In this document: positions 61,537 through 64,000 of the stretch, piece by piece
How positions within the stretch are numbered: position 1 is the stretch's first letter
Layout of the letters: every line of letters begins with the position of its first letter
Source of the DNA: Marsupella aquatica
Lineage: Eukaryota > Plantae > Marchantiophyta
DNA: 64,000 bases
Assembly (NCBI GenBank): GCA_973895155.1
Contig: OZ316899.1
Location: 13,023,934 to 13,087,933, forward strand
Direction: 5' to 3'
Notes under the pieces: model-generated
What the model was told of the DNA's origin: nothing
The model's input: only the letters and a program-made list of their open reading frames with translations
Database searches by the model: none
Translations under genes and position numbers: made by a program

Positions 61537-63576
61537 TCAAGCTTGCTGTCGGATGTCCTCTGGTTCGAGTAGCTCCACAAGGGTAATAGTTCGATTCTGG
61601 GTAACCTCTATCAGCTCAGCTTGGCGTGGGGATCCTCTGGAGTAAGGTAGGCATCTCAGTTGTCTCTCAGGATACATCAAAGGCATTCTCTTCATCAAAT
61701 AACATGAATCTATACGAAGAGCTTCTCTGTACATTCCGATCACATCATAGTTGTTATAGGTAGTAGCATATACTTGGGGATAATGATACAGGAACTCATC
61801 ACTATTCATCATCCTGGAATAGAAAGGTCGAAGTCTCCATCTGACATCTCTGAAGTACCGGTTGAAGTGTGTTAAGGTCTGAGTGGTGACATTATTCCAA
61901 ATCCTCTGTTTCTCAGTCAATGAACTGGTTGAAACAAGGGTAACTTTGGGCTCTTGAGGAATGTAATCATGTTGTAGAGCAGTAGACTTCTTACTCTGCA
62001 TCAGGAAAGAAACCACAAAATCCAGGGCATAGGCTGCAAAGTTTCCGAAGTATGCCAAAACCAAATCTGGATCCTCTACCTCTACATCACCTTGAAGTAG
62101 CATCATAGCAAGAGTAGGTCGGAAGTAGAGAGAGTCAGTCCAGAACTCATCAAATTGTGCCATCTCCAACCTGGAAGTCCCAAAACACCTGAGGTCAAAG
62201 ATATAACTGGCCTCCGTCTTCTTGATATAATAATATCTCCAAAACTCTCCAACCGGTGGTCTGTTGGCCTGCATAATCTTACAGGTCTCCACATACCTGC
62301 GTACTTGGAATTCGGGGGGTCTCGGGTATTTTTTCTCGATAACAGCATTCCGGGGGGTCTGAGTAGACGAGGTGATAACTGCTACTAAGTTTGGATTGGA
62401 TCTTAAGGCAGTATCATCATCTTCAAATCCCTGCCTTGGTGACGGTGTTAAGGAGTTATCATAAGATCGAATGGAATTAAAATCAGAGGGTGGATCAGAA
62501 TCTTCAGATAGATCCTCTCGAACGTAAGGATGCTCATACTGTGGCTGATTGTAGAGCGGTCCTTCTGTGGGTTCGTAGTTGGAATCAGGACTGTAAGGGT
62601 GGGAACTTGGACTAAGAGAAGGTGTAGCAGTTGGACATTGCTGCACTAAGTTGCTGACCACAGATGTTATCTGTCAAGGTTCACATTGTAGTATCTCTAG
62701 TAGATCATCTACGATAGCTGCACAACTGATACCTTCTGTCATTGGAACAAGGTCACTTGATTTTAGAAGAGGGACCTGTTGAGTAGCAAGGGTGAGAGTC
62801 ACATATTCCATTGGTGTTGATTCTCCTGGGGGGGAGATCATCCTGATAGGACTTAACTGGTCAAGGAATGGTGACTTCAAGCTAACAGCTTCCATTCTTA
62901 AATCATTAACAGCATCATAGAGTCCATCATCACTGCAACTGAGAAGAGATATCAACTTATCAATGAGTTGCTGATTTGATTCTGCTTTCGAAGGAGTGGG
63001 CGAGCTGGTCCTTAGGATGACAGCAATTGTTGGTTCCGCAATATGCTCTTGTTGCTCAAAGAGGTTTTCATCCTCTTCATCTTCTTCAGCTGCAGGTTGT
63101 TCTCCCATGCTGACTTCTCGTGAGTACACTTGGTTATTCAGAGGGTGTTGGACTAACTCCAAGTTGTGTTCAGGCAAAGCTTCAAGATCTCCTACAGATA
63201 CATTTTCTATATCCATATCAATATCCTCATCATTGGATTTCAGGGAAATGGCATCCACTGGTTCTTCCACATCGATTTCTTCCTCAATGCCCATCTCGAT
63301 CAGAAGTAATCCCCTTTCTATTCTCTCCTCGAAATGTAAACAGTCATAGGTATAATAGAGTTGAGAGAGATAATGTTGTAAGTAAGTAGTCCTCCCTGCT
63401 TTCAAGCTCCTCACTTGATCTTTCATAACGTTAAATAAAAGTAGGGCCCAATTTACTTCTATAACTCCACTGTGAGCAGCGACAATAGTGTTAGCCAAGG
63501 ACACAGGGCAAATAGTTGGCTTTTTTGGATGGAGAATGGGTACTAGAAATTCCAAAAGAATTCTCAGATCAGGGTG
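61537..63576 (-). pseudogene. Retrotransposon accessory ORF (~670 codons, one in-frame TGA), 5' end cut by an insertion
   Basis: ORFs 62674-63555 and 61537-62661 share a frame; LEFLVPILHPKKPT...VNWALL...YLSQLY. Confidence 0.65.
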
Positions 63577-64000
63577 TGTGACACGGGTAACATGTCACTT
63601 GACCGAACCCAGGTCGTAGATTAGGACTTATACGGTCATTAGGACCGTAGCCATAGCGTAGAATAGCACGTATAGCCGTCAAGTTGCCATTATGATTAGA
63701 TTAGGAGTAGGTTAAGATAACCGAATAATTACGAGTTCAGGAAAGGGATTATTACGCATGACCGAGGTACGGTGGCGGCAGCGGAGTAAAAATCAGTTAG
63801 AAGAATCACGCTTGGACCGAGACGCCGACTTCAGCTCGTTATCAATGACCAAACGGCCTGACCTTCTCACGCTCGGGCTCGTTCGGGCACCCCCATAAGA
63901 GAGGAGCCGATGGCACTGCGGGCCATTCGCTCACGTTTACCTTTTTGGAATTCACGGACGCTGCCATCCGCTTGCCTTTTTGATTGAATCCAGTCGACCT
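63577..64000. mobile_element. Terminus of another probable LTR element running out of the window
   Basis: TGTGACA start, abrupt truncation of the ORF and a change in base composition. Confidence 0.5.

Larger units (their letters stand above)
60315..63576 (-). mobile_element. 3' part of an LTR retrotransposon: accessory ORF, PPT and 3' LTR (60315-61150)
   Basis: TGAAGA...TCTTCA termini; on the minus strand gaggggta precedes the LTR; alternative left end at 60471. Confidence 0.6.

Overview
This is a eukaryotic, transposon-saturated window with no clear housekeeping gene. Plant-type TTTAGGG motifs, GT-AG introns, plant-type Gypsy/Copia elements and LIPGLPDD F-boxes point to a land plant; a bryophyte-like lineage is only a guess. 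Layout: (1) 1-29.5 kb is a nest of one Ty3/Gypsy family whose ~3.9-kb LTRs each carry a ~850-codon gene. A reversed solo LTR with a CATAG target-site duplication fixes the LTR limits. The nest also contains a Copia remnant and a split, decayed copy of a ParB-like gene. (2) 30-34 kb and 44.5-47.3 kb are further retroelement debris. (3) About 34.3-44.4 kb is the standout: a Mutator/MULE-type transposase (Zn-finger, DDE, SWIM) lies head-to-head with a spliced gene that has a ParB/Srx-like N-terminus and a beta-class N6/N4 DNA-methyltransferase-like C-terminus. An 18-bp palindrome, GCTAGCGA-NN-TCGCTAGC, is scattered through the non-coding parts of this block. (4) 50-59 kb holds a second, diverged transposase of the same family, telomere-motif tandem repeats, two F-box-like ORFs and more repeats. 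(5) 59.4-64 kb has another transposase fragment interrupted by nested LTR elements. Most ORFs carry stops or frameshifts. All domain calls are by-eye motif recognition, with no database search.
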